Sequence record: SRR31156797_212
Length of the DNA: 64,000 nucleotides
Reading direction: 5' to 3' (one strand)
The first letter of the stretch is position 1; each line of letters opens with the position of its first letter. A program made the position numbers and the translations under genes. Shown here in pieces: positions 41,403 to 53,409 of this stretch. The notes under the pieces are model-generated. The model had not been told where the DNA came from and made no database searches. It saw nothing but the letters and a program-made list of their open reading frames with translations.

Positions 41403-42782
41403 TTATTTTTTTATTTTCATCAGTTGTTTTACACAGGCAACCAAATCGTTAGCATACTCCTGAGTTTTAGCTTCAGAATAAATGCGAATAATTGGTTCAG
41501 TATTTGATTTTCTTAAGTGAACCCATCCTTCCGGAAAAGTTATCTTAACACCATCAATGGTATTGCATGGGTAATCAATGAATTTTCGTCTTATTTGCTC
41601 AAGAATTCCATTAAGATCACTTACACCTTCCAATTGTATTTTATCTTTTACAATCTTGTGATCAGGATATTTAGCACGCAATTCGGAAGAAGTCATTTTA
41701 GATTTAGCTAAGTAGGTTAGAAATAAAGCTACTCCAACTAATGCATCTCTGCCGTAATGTAGCTCAGGATATATAACACCACCGTTTCCTTCCCCTCCAA
41801 TCACAGCTGATTGCTTTTTCATTTCGCAAACAACATTTACTTCACCTACGGCTGATTCAAAAAATTCAACACCATGCTTTTCAGCAATCTCGCGCAAAGC
41901 CATTGTTGATGATAAGTTTGCAGCAAGACTTCCCTTTGTATTTTCAAGAACATAATCTGCTATTGAAACCAAAGTATACTCTTCTCCAAAAGGCTTTCCA
42001 TTATCACAAACCATTGCCAAACGATCCACATCAGGATCGACAATAATTCCCAAATCCAAATTCTCATTCCTCACCAATTCAGAAATTTCCACAATATTTT
42101 CGGGAAGTGGTTCTGGGTTATGAGCAAAATTACCATCGGGATTGCAATTGATTTCTTTAATGTTTTTTACCCCAAGGGACTTTAACAATTGAGGAATAGC
42201 AATACCTCCAACCGAGTTTACTGCATCAACAGCAATCGAAAAATTTGCCTCCTCAATCAACTTTGCATCAACCAAGGGTAAATTAAGAATATGCTGAATA
42301 TGAGTCTCTAAGTAATTTTCATTTAAGGAATATTTCCCTAAATCATCAACCTCATTGTATTTAAATTCCTGTTTTTCAACAAGGTTTAACAAATCCTTTC
42401 CATCCTGATCGTTAATAAACTCACCTTTATTATTTAGTAATTTTAAGGCGTTCCAATTCTTTGGATTATGACTTGCGGTGATAATAATTCCACCACCAGC
42501 TTTCATATCTACAACTGCCATTTCAACTGTAGGTGTAGAGGCTAAGCCTAAATCCACAACTTCAACTCCAACAGAAAGTAAGGCTCCTACTACCAACTGG
42601 TTAACCATTTCGCCACTCATTCTGGCATCACGACCAATTACGATCTTTTTATTCGCTCCACTATTTCGAAGCCACATTCCAAATGCACCTGAAATACTAA
42701 CAATGTCCATAGGAGTTAAGGCTTGTCCAGGACGACCACCAATAGTTCCTCTAATTCCTGATATCGATTTTATTAATGTCAT
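41403..42782 (-). CDS. glmM: Alpha-D-phosphohexomutase (phosphoglucosamine mutase-like)
   Basis: SISGIRG, phosphoserine loop TASHNP, metal loop DPDVDR, GGEGNGG, RKSNTEP.IRIYSE. Confidence 0.85.
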   Translation of the reverse strand: MTLIKSISGIRGTIGGRPGQALTPMDIVSISGAFGMWLRNSGANKKIVIGRDARMSGEMVNQLVVGALLSVGVEVVDLGLASTPTVEMAVVDMKAGGGIIITASHNPKNWNALKLLNNKGEFINDQDGKDLLNLVEKQEFKYNEVDDLGKYSLNENYLETHIQHILNLPLVDAKLIEEANFSIAVDAVNSVGGIAIPQLLKSLGVKNIKEINCNPDGNFAHNPEPLPENIVEISELVRNENLDLGIIVDPDVDRLAMVCDNGKPFGEEYTLVSIADYVLENTKGSLAANLSSTMALREIAEKHGVEFFESAVGEVNVVCEMKKQSAVIGGEGNGGVIYPELHYGRDALVGVALFLTYLAKSKMTSSELRAKYPDHKIVKDKIQLEGVSDLNGILEQIRRKFIDYPCNTIDGVKITFPEGWVHLRKSNTEPIIRIYSEAKTQEYANDLVACVKQLMKIKK

Positions 42783-42794
42783 AGGTTTGTCCTC

Positions 42795-43697
42795 TTACTT
42801 ATCCCAAAGTTTTGCTGGATAAACTCCAGATTTAATCAGTGCTTCAATAGCTTTAATGGCCTTTTCTTTATCTTCTTTGTAGGTTACTCCGAACCATTGT
42901 GCATTTGATTTTAGCACTTTAAATTGTGCCTCATCATTACCAATAATTTCAGCTATTACTGATGGAATGTAGAATTCAGATTTCAACTGATCTCCTTGCT
43001 CTTTTAGGAAATCTTTAAACTGATCTTCTAAATGCTCGAATAACTTTGGAGTAAATCCCCAAAAGTTCATCGACACTGTAGTTGATTCTTCTAATGGATA
43101 CCATTTCTCATTCTCAAGATATGCGATATCTTCAACTAGTTTTTCGATATGAGTACGTTCCACAATAGTGGTTAACTGTTCGTTCTCATTTGTAGAACAA
43201 ACACCTCTTGAAACCGATCCGTTCTCAGAAATGGTATTCGCTAAACGATAACCAACCATGCAATTCTCAGCATCGCTAATTGAATTGATAAGGTAATCAG
43301 CTATGGTTTTAAAAGCTTCAACTCCGTAATAATCATCTGCATTAATCACCGCGAAAGGCTCATTAATACAATCCTTTGCCATCAAAATGGCATGACCTGT
43401 TCCCCATGGTTTTTCTCTATCCGGATGATATAAAAATCCTTCAGGAACTTTCGCTAAATCCTGATTAACGTAATCAACCTCTATCTTTCCCTGTAATTTT
43501 GAATTGTATAATTCTTTAAATTCCTTTTCGAAACTTTCACGAATAACAAAAACAATCTTTCCAAACCCGGCTTTAATTGCATCATGAATTGAATAATCAA
43601 TAATAGTTTCGTTTGATGGTCCGATTGGGTCCATTTGTTTTAAGCCTCCATATCGACTTCCCATTCCCGCAGCTAATACCAATAATGTGGGTTTCAT
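42795..43697 (-). CDS. Sugar-1-phosphate nucleotidyltransferase (NTP_transferase fold)
   Basis: LAAGMGSRYGGLKQ, KPWGTGHA, VINADDYYG, VSRG, SMNFWGF, WFGVTY. Confidence 0.88.
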   Translation of the reverse strand: MKPTLLVLAAGMGSRYGGLKQMDPIGPSNETIIDYSIHDAIKAGFGKIVFVIRESFEKEFKELYNSKLQGKIEVDYVNQDLAKVPEGFLYHPDREKPWGTGHAILMAKDCINEPFAVINADDYYGVEAFKTIADYLINSISDAENCMVGYRLANTISENGSVSRGVCSTNENEQLTTIVERTHIEKLVEDIAYLENEKWYPLEESTTVSMNFWGFTPKLFEHLEDQFKDFLKEQGDQLKSEFYIPSVIAEIIGNDEAQFKVLKSNAQWFGVTYKEDKEKAIKAIEALIKSGVYPAKLWDK

Positions 43698-43734
43698 ATC
43701 AATCTTCTCCTTTGTTAATTTTTAGTTTCATAAA

Positions 43735-43814
43735 AAGTGAAAGGTAATCATCCGGCAAACACTACTACTACAATATTTTTTACCTAAAATAACAGATGAT
43801 TACCTTAATCACTT
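43735..43814 (-). repeat. Hairpin A of a tandem pair with a shared loop motif
   Basis: Stem aaggtaatcatc (43741-43752) / gatgattacctt (43795-43806), extended by aagtga/tcactt; loop contains aacactactactacaat (43758-43774). Confidence 0.7.
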
Positions 43815-43821
43815 ATCTTAT

Positions 43822-43889
43822 AAAATTGATTCCCGCAAGAACACTACTTCTACAATTTCACCAAATGAAAAACCGCAGGAATCAATTTT
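43822..43889 (-). repeat. Hairpin B of a tandem pair with a shared loop motif
   Basis: Stem aaaattgattcc (43822-43833) / ggaatcaatttt (43878-43889), extended by G-U pairs on the minus strand; loop contains aacactacttctacaat (43840-43856). Confidence 0.7.
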
Positions 43890-43892
43890 CAC

Positions 43893-45119
43893 CTAATTAT
43901 TACTAAATGTTTTTTTCATCACATTAGCCATCGTACCCATTAAAGCAGCATCCTCTAATAAGTCGGAACTAACCAGCTCAGTTTCCGAGCTAATTCTGTC
44001 CATGGCATATTTATTCATCGACATGCTTACCGGATCGATAATATATTTTCCGGCCGGTGCCAATTTTCCTCCAATTATTATCATTTCAGGATTCAACAGG
44101 TGAATTAAGGTCACAAGTCCTTTCCCAAGATATTCACACATTTTATTCAACTGATCAATGGCGAACTGATCTCCCGACAAAATAGCTTCAACCACTGCTC
44201 TCAAGTCTATTTTCTGCTCTCTCTCTTTGTGTTTTGCCAAAAAACTTTCCTGTCCGTTATCAATGGCTTCACGAATTTGTCTAACCAAAATCTTACCAGA
44301 TGTTAAGGTCTCTAAACATCCAATTTTACCACAATGACAAAGTTTACCATCAGGATCAATTAAAATATGCCCGAATTCACCGGCAAAACCATTTTTACCA
44401 CTGTGCAATTCTCCATTTAAAATCATTCCCAAACCAATCCCATTGCTAAGATTTAGGCACAAAACATTTTTCTTATCCTTAGCTTTACCAAAAGCTTTCT
44501 CACCCAAAGCCATTGTACGTGCATCATTATCCATTAGAACACGACATTCAAATAATCCTTCCAAATGTGCAGCCAATCCTTCTTGAGCAAAGGTTAGATG
44601 TGTGTGACTAAGACCTTTCTCGGCATCAACCAAACCGGGAATCGAAACTCCTACAGATAAAACCTTCTCTTTAGAAATATCCATTTCGTCAAGAGCTAAT
44701 TTCACTTTATCTCTTAAGCCATTTGTATAACGAATTGTATTTTCAAGTTCACAATTCTGATATTCTTTACGATAAACCAATTGATTGTTCAAATCAAAAA
44801 TGGCAATATTCAAAGTATGTAAGTTAATATCAACACCAACTACATATTGATATTTTGGATTAATACAAAACAAATTTGGTCTTCTTCCACCTATCGATTC
44901 ACCAATACCATTGTCCAATATCACACCAAAACCAATTAAATCTTCAACAAGAGAAGCAACCAATGGCTGGCTCAATTTTGAGGATTTTACAATTTCCGCA
45001 ATCGATGCCGTTTTGGTATCATATAAATGGGATACAATTTTTCGATATTGTTCCTGCTTCCTCTTTTTTGAATTAACGGTTCCCGTTAAGCACTTTTCGT
45101 ATTGAAATTCTGGCTTCAA
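43893..45119 (-). CDS. ROK family transcriptional repressor (NagC/XylR-like)
   Basis: N-terminal wHTH (SIAEIVKSSKLSQPLV..LVEDL), linker S.GGRRP, ROK domain DNDARTMALGE, GEFGH...CHCGKIGCLE; TTG start. Confidence 0.92.
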   Translation of the reverse strand: MKPEFQYEKCLTGTVNSKKRKQEQYRKIVSHLYDTKTASIAEIVKSSKLSQPLVASLVEDLIGFGVILDNGIGESIGGRRPNLFCINPKYQYVVGVDINLHTLNIAIFDLNNQLVYRKEYQNCELENTIRYTNGLRDKVKLALDEMDISKEKVLSVGVSIPGLVDAEKGLSHTHLTFAQEGLAAHLEGLFECRVLMDNDARTMALGEKAFGKAKDKKNVLCLNLSNGIGLGMILNGELHSGKNGFAGEFGHILIDPDGKLCHCGKIGCLETLTSGKILVRQIREAIDNGQESFLAKHKEREQKIDLRAVVEAILSGDQFAIDQLNKMCEYLGKGLVTLIHLLNPEMIIIGGKLAPAGKYIIDPVSMSMNKYAMDRISSETELVSSDLLEDAALMGTMANVMKKTFSNN

Positions 45120-45300
45120 TTCAATATCTGTTTTAGATTAATATTATTTCTTGCCATAAAAGTATGCAATATCTTTTAAAAACAATCAATTCTTTTATAA
45201 TTTATTTTAAAAGATTACTAATGTTAAAAATAATAGTTATTATTATTCAATTCAAACTATCCACATATGATTGAAAACCCCAATAAAAACAAACTAAATT

Positions 45301-48480
<3,180 letters not shown>

Positions 48481-48495
48481 CTAAATATTTTTTAA

Positions 48496-49980
48496 TTAAT
48501 GAACATTCAACTGACCTTTTGAATCTGCTTTTCTTAAATTACGAACACTTGTACTTCCAGCTCCCTTCATACTCAAATCAATCGGTTGATTTGTCTTCCA
48601 AGCTCCTCTGGTAAAATCAGGAATATCAATTGGTCGTGAACCATTGGCAATAGACCACTCACTAAGTGGCGTAATACAACTCCAGGAAGCTGCATCGTAA
48701 ACATCCATATCTACTGGCAATCCATTACGCAAGCAATCGATTAATCTCCAATCCATTACAAAATCCATTCCTCCATGACCTCCAACTTGCTTGGCCATTT
48801 CACCTACTCGACGTATTATTTCCGGAGTGTATTTATCTTCCAGTTCCTTAAATTGAGCCTGATCGATTACATTGTGTCCAAATGCAATGTGTTGCTTAGG
48901 CCATTTTTGTGCAAAACACTTGGTTCCACTCAACATATGAATTCTAGAATATGGGCGAGGAGAACTGATATCATGCTGAATCATAATTGTACGTCCTTTA
49001 TTGGTACGAATCATTTGCATATCCATATTTCCACGCATCTCCCATCCCACAAACTTTTCGAAGAATGGATCCTCTTTTGCCATTTCAGCAATTCTATGTT
49101 TTAAGGTAAAATCATCGGACATCATGGATGTTAGGTAATCCATTTTATCACCTCTATTGATATCCATTGCCTGGCAAATTGGTCCTAATCCATGAGTTGG
49201 ATATACATTTGCTTTACGTTTGTTTTCATGTAAACGCCACATTTTTGTGTAAGCACCATCACTCATTTTATCATCTTTTGGCTTATTAAAGTGCCAGTAA
49301 TCCAAATCGTGAATGTAAGCACCTTCGCCATGTATCAAATCTCCAAATGCTCCTTGCTGTGCCATGCTAATGGTCAACATTTCAAAAAAGTCATAACAAC
49401 AATTTTCCAAAATCACACAATGCTTTTTGGTTCGCTCCGACGTTTCAACCATTTGCCAGCATTCGTCCATGGTTTTTGCTGTAGATACTTCAACAGCGGT
49501 ATGCTTTTCACCTTCCATTGCTGCAATAGCAACAGGAACATGCCATTCCCATGGAGTAGCAATGTACACCAAATCAACATCTCCACTATCACAAAGTGCT
49601 TTAAAGCCCTTATCACCATCTACATATTCTTTGGCCTTTGGTAAACCTGCATCAGATAATATTTTCTGAGCTCCATCAACTGCCGCCTGACGAATATCAC
49701 AAACAGCTGTAATTTCAACTCCCTCAATATAAGTCATTCGTTTTACTGCACCAGAACCCCGATCACCAATACCAACAAAACCAACTCTTACGGTATCCAA
49801 TTTTGGAGCAGCATAACCACACATATTAAAGTTCATTTTAGGCTGCTTTTCAGCATTCTTCTTAATGTATGATAACTTACTTTCTTCTTTCGATTCTGCA
49901 CATGATGCTAAAGGTGCAGCTGCAAGTACTCCTGCTCCAAGGGCAAGATTACTTAAAAATGATCTTCTGTTTGTTGCCAT
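48496..49980 (-). CDS. GH109 NAD+-dependent alpha-N-acetylgalactosaminidase, Tat-exported lipoprotein
   Basis: Tat motif NRRSFL and LASC; VGIGDRG Rossmann; ATPWEWH, LENCCY, YPTHG, catalytic GGHGGMD. Confidence 0.9.
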   Translation of the reverse strand: MATNRRSFLSNLALGAGVLAAAPLASCAESKEESKLSYIKKNAEKQPKMNFNMCGYAAPKLDTVRVGFVGIGDRGSGAVKRMTYIEGVEITAVCDIRQAAVDGAQKILSDAGLPKAKEYVDGDKGFKALCDSGDVDLVYIATPWEWHVPVAIAAMEGEKHTAVEVSTAKTMDECWQMVETSERTKKHCVILENCCYDFFEMLTISMAQQGAFGDLIHGEGAYIHDLDYWHFNKPKDDKMSDGAYTKMWRLHENKRKANVYPTHGLGPICQAMDINRGDKMDYLTSMMSDDFTLKHRIAEMAKEDPFFEKFVGWEMRGNMDMQMIRTNKGRTIMIQHDISSPRPYSRIHMLSGTKCFAQKWPKQHIAFGHNVIDQAQFKELEDKYTPEIIRRVGEMAKQVGGHGGMDFVMDWRLIDCLRNGLPVDMDVYDAASWSCITPLSEWSIANGSRPIDIPDFTRGAWKTNQPIDLSMKGAGSTSVRNLRKADSKGQLNVH

Positions 49981-50166
49981 TTATTGTCTGTTTTATTTAG
50001 TCTATCGTAATCTGATTCAAAAAAATCATGATCATTTAGTCTTATATCTGGGTTATCTCACTAAAATTAAGATTTTCTATTTCAATCTTATCCTTCTGTT
50101 TATCTTGATTCAATAATTTTTATTAGATCTATTTTACTATTAACTATTGATTTATTAATTCACCCT

Positions 50167-50193
50167 TAAAAAGGAGGAAGATCCTCCTTTTTA
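50167..50193 (-). terminator. Intrinsic terminator after the DUF3472-like gene
   Basis: aaaaaggagga-aga-tcctccttttt perfect inverted repeat abutting the stop codon. Confidence 0.75.
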
Positions 50194-51525
50194 TTAGGGC
50201 AAGGTTGAGAAATCTATAATTGGTTGTGTTTGTGTTTTCTCTCTTGTATATTCTGTATCATAAGGAACTCTTTCATTAAAGAATCCACAATTCTTCAAAT
50301 AAAACTTCCCATTTTCAACTCCTCCTGCATAATCTCTTCTGGCATCTTTTCTTGCCGTTGCATCAGCTGTAAATTTTACTCCTGTTAACTCATGCCAATT
50401 TTCATTAGTATCAACAAGCCATTGGTTGCTGTAATAGGCTTTTCGACTAATCGTGCCCATTCCTGTAATAAAGTTCTCTAAAAAGGAATGAGGTCTTGTA
50501 ATATAAGTTGTGGTTTTTGGTCTTCTGAAACTGGCAATTAGTTCCCATTTGTTCTTTTCTGGCGCATAAAAATATGCTGTATAGTCTGTAGAATTGTTTT
50601 CTGATGGATGACCTTTTAAAAGGAATTTATAAGTACTACCAGCCTTCCAATTGTATATCTTATAACTTTGTCCTCCGGAACCTTCGTTACCAAACTCTCC
50701 TGTATTAACACTTTCACCCTTTTTAAGCAACTTGATTTTATCTTCATCTGGAATACTATTAGGATCATCCGTTTGATATGGACTCCAAACTGAAAATAAA
50801 ATTCTTCTTTCTGATGTTGAATTCACCTGAATTCCAAAATACCCTTCTCCAAATCCATTCGCCATAAAATAAGATCCAACAACATCTTCCCCATCAGGAA
50901 CTGTAATTTCGTTGTAAAACCATTCTACATCTCCAATACTTTCCGGCACCTGATAGCCTAAATGTACCGATGGACCTCTTCTTCCCCAGTAAAAATCATC
51001 CTTCACGTAAAACACATCACCACCTGTAACATCTCCTCCTATAAGGATATGACTCAATTCACCAAAGTCGTTCCCTGACTTATCCAAACCTTTCACATCA
51101 ATATAATAGTATCCTGGTTCTTCAATAGTATAGGTTCCTACATCAATTGTTGAAAAGGATGAAGCGTTAAGTTTGACTTCAGTAGATTCCGATCCAAATG
51201 TAAAACGAACAGTAGATTCATCTGAACTCTGTTTGGCTTTTGCACCTATATGAAGAGTTCCCGTTTTTTCAATTCGAAACCAGGTTCTAATAACAGCTTT
51301 TTCATCGGTCCAATTTTTAACCGCATCATCAGTAATCATACTTTTATTCAATTTAGCATCGTTTACTATCCATGAATTTCCGCCCATTGGCACTGATATT
51401 GAATATTGAATCGGATCAACCTTCTCATCTTCATTATCTGAATCTTTACTGCAACTGCATGATACTATTAAAAGTATTGTTACAAATGCGAACAATAATG
51501 ATATTTGGGTATATATTTTACTCAC
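50194..51525 (-). CDS. DUF5077/DUF3472-like surface lipoprotein of unknown function
   Basis: Lipobox VSCSC then SKDSDNEDE; YWGRRGPSVHL, YFMANGFGEGYFGIQVNS, FSVWSP, FGNEGSGGQS, SFLENF recognised as DUF3472-type; GTG start. Confidence 0.75.
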   Translation of the reverse strand: MSKIYTQISLLFAFVTILLIVSCSCSKDSDNEDEKVDPIQYSISVPMGGNSWIVNDAKLNKSMITDDAVKNWTDEKAVIRTWFRIEKTGTLHIGAKAKQSSDESTVRFTFGSESTEVKLNASSFSTIDVGTYTIEEPGYYYIDVKGLDKSGNDFGELSHILIGGDVTGGDVFYVKDDFYWGRRGPSVHLGYQVPESIGDVEWFYNEITVPDGEDVVGSYFMANGFGEGYFGIQVNSTSERRILFSVWSPYQTDDPNSIPDEDKIKLLKKGESVNTGEFGNEGSGGQSYKIYNWKAGSTYKFLLKGHPSENNSTDYTAYFYAPEKNKWELIASFRRPKTTTYITRPHSFLENFITGMGTISRKAYYSNQWLVDTNENWHELTGVKFTADATARKDARRDYAGGVENGKFYLKNCGFFNERVPYDTEYTREKTQTQPIIDFSTLP

Positions 51526-51578
51526 CTCAATAATTGTTTAATAAAAGCTTTGTGTTTTTTGGATCTCTTTTTATAATC

Positions 51579-51665
51579 TGCAAGACAAGAGACGACATTT
51601 CAACTTAATAATGAAATGACAGTGTGAGGTCAATCGAAACTACTAATTGCCGCCTCTGTCTTGCA
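51579..51665 (-). other. Branched RNA structure downstream of susD (PUL-3)
   Basis: Outer stem tgcaagaca/tgtcttgca extended by G-U pairs on the minus strand; inner catttca/tgaaatg (51596-51618) is an alternative or nested stem. Confidence 0.55.
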
Positions 51666-51687
51666 AATAATCACTAACTACTACTAT

Positions 51688-53391
51688 CTATGGATTTTGT
51701 TGTAACACAATTGGATAAGCATCAATTTCGCGTTGTGGAATAAAACATACAACCTCATTAGCTGTATATGATACCTCCAAACGAACAGCTGTTGCTGATC
51801 CCAAATCATGAGTTCCCGGATATCTTCTGTTTAAAGTCATTTTATTCCTGAAAACATCATATTTTCTGTGACCCTCATAAGCCAACTCAACTCTTCTTTC
51901 CTGTAGAACAACATCCAAAATTGTTTGTCCTGTTGGAACAGCTGTATAAGTTGGAATACCAGCACGCTCTCTAATTAAATTGATATCGGCCAATGCATTA
52001 GTTGCATCATCTTTTTTAGCGTAACTTTCAGCTCTATTCAAATACATTTCTGCTAAACGAGAAACAATAGGTGACCAGTTCTGAGTTTTACCTTCCTGGC
52101 GAGAACATTTCACAACGTAATACTTAGGATATCCATTTCTAGCCTTCATTTGGTAAGTCAATTCAACATATTGCTTATCGCTTCCCAACATGATATAGTT
52201 GCGAGTGATATCACCTTCAACTTCAGTTTCCACATAGGTTTTGCTTCCACCTTCTTCAAAGAAATATTTCATTGTCCCGCTTACATCTTCTTCCTGAACA
52301 TCCTTAACTACGTAACGATATCTCTCGTGCCCCTGATTGGCGTCATCATACTCTTCTGACCACTGAATCGTTCTGGTTTTATTTCCATTTTCATCTTCCA
52401 CAAACTGTGGCTCAATAAATGCATGACGTAAATCCTGTGGGTATTGCATCATCACATCACGTAATGATTTAGAGGCATACATTTCACCCCAACCCATTCC
52501 ATCAATATGAGAATACATAGCACCAACTGTTAAGTAAGCATTCCATTGTCCCCAACCTTGAGGCAAATCAATCTCAGTTAAGTGACGCAATGCAAAAATG
52601 GTTTCCGCATTATCCTCTGGTAAATGCTGTGGATATTTCTGATAGTCATCTCCTTGGATCAATTCATATCTATCTGAATCGATTACTTTATTTGAATATT
52701 CTATACACTTGTCATTATTCTCCATGTACAAATAAACACGAGACAATAAAGCTTGAGCTACTTGTTTTGAGGCATAAGCAGAATTTTTACTTTCTTCCAA
52801 CAAGCCTTCAGCTTTTAAAAGATCAGCCTCAATTTGAGCGTACACTTCAGAAACTTTTGCTCTTGGAGGAAATTCATTAACATCTGAAGATGTTTTCAAT
52901 GGAACTCCTAAACTTGCGCCAGCATCCTGAGCATAAGGTCTACCAAAAGCATTTACCATTGTGAAATATAAGAATGCTCTCAAATAATAGTTTTCACCAA
53001 TAAGATTATCCATTTCGGTACTCTGACCTTCTGCAGCTTTCTCAATTACTTTATTACAAGCAATTATTACTTTAAATGAGTTAGCCCAAAGACCAGATAA
53101 ATGTCCATTATCCTTATTTCTTTGCAGATTATACAAATAGAACAATCCATCTGTGGTTGATCCACTCAATGCAACATTATCACTACCAAACTCTGGTATG
53201 TAGTGAAATGGTTTCACGAAATATTCTGATTTAAGGAAAGAATAATTTCCTAAAGTTGCTGCATAAAGTCCCTCTTCTGTGCTTAAAGCAACCTCATCGC
53301 TCATCGACTCATATGGAAGCTTCTCGATATCACAAGAAGACAGAATTCCCAGAGTCAAAACAAACAATAATATATATGTAAGTCTTTTCAT
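51688..53391 (-). CDS. susD: RagB/SusD family lipoprotein (PUL-3)
   Basis: Lipobox LSSC-DIEK; GENYYLRAFLYF; SRLAEMYLNRAE; ERRVELAYEGHRKYDVFR. Confidence 0.95.
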   Translation of the reverse strand: MKRLTYILLFVLTLGILSSCDIEKLPYESMSDEVALSTEEGLYAATLGNYSFLKSEYFVKPFHYIPEFGSDNVALSGSTTDGLFYLYNLQRNKDNGHLSGLWANSFKVIIACNKVIEKAAEGQSTEMDNLIGENYYLRAFLYFTMVNAFGRPYAQDAGASLGVPLKTSSDVNEFPPRAKVSEVYAQIEADLLKAEGLLEESKNSAYASKQVAQALLSRVYLYMENNDKCIEYSNKVIDSDRYELIQGDDYQKYPQHLPEDNAETIFALRHLTEIDLPQGWGQWNAYLTVGAMYSHIDGMGWGEMYASKSLRDVMMQYPQDLRHAFIEPQFVEDENGNKTRTIQWSEEYDDANQGHERYRYVVKDVQEEDVSGTMKYFFEEGGSKTYVETEVEGDITRNYIMLGSDKQYVELTYQMKARNGYPKYYVVKCSRQEGKTQNWSPIVSRLAEMYLNRAESYAKKDDATNALADINLIRERAGIPTYTAVPTGQTILDVVLQERRVELAYEGHRKYDVFRNKMTLNRRYPGTHDLGSATAVRLEVSYTANEVVCFIPQREIDAYPIVLQQNP

Positions 53392-53409
53392 TGTATTTTC
53401 TTTTATTGA

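Noticed and set aside
43741-43889. Tandem repeat considered as a mini-CRISPR, REP/MITE or invertible element
   Set aside because: Only two 17-nt copies, no cas genes, stems differ from each other, no target-site duplication and no recombinase nearby
45195-45240. AT-rich inverted repeat upstream of the ROK repressor as a NagC-like operator
   Set aside because: Spacing does not fit the NagC-type palindrome and such repeats are expected by chance in this very AT-rich stretch
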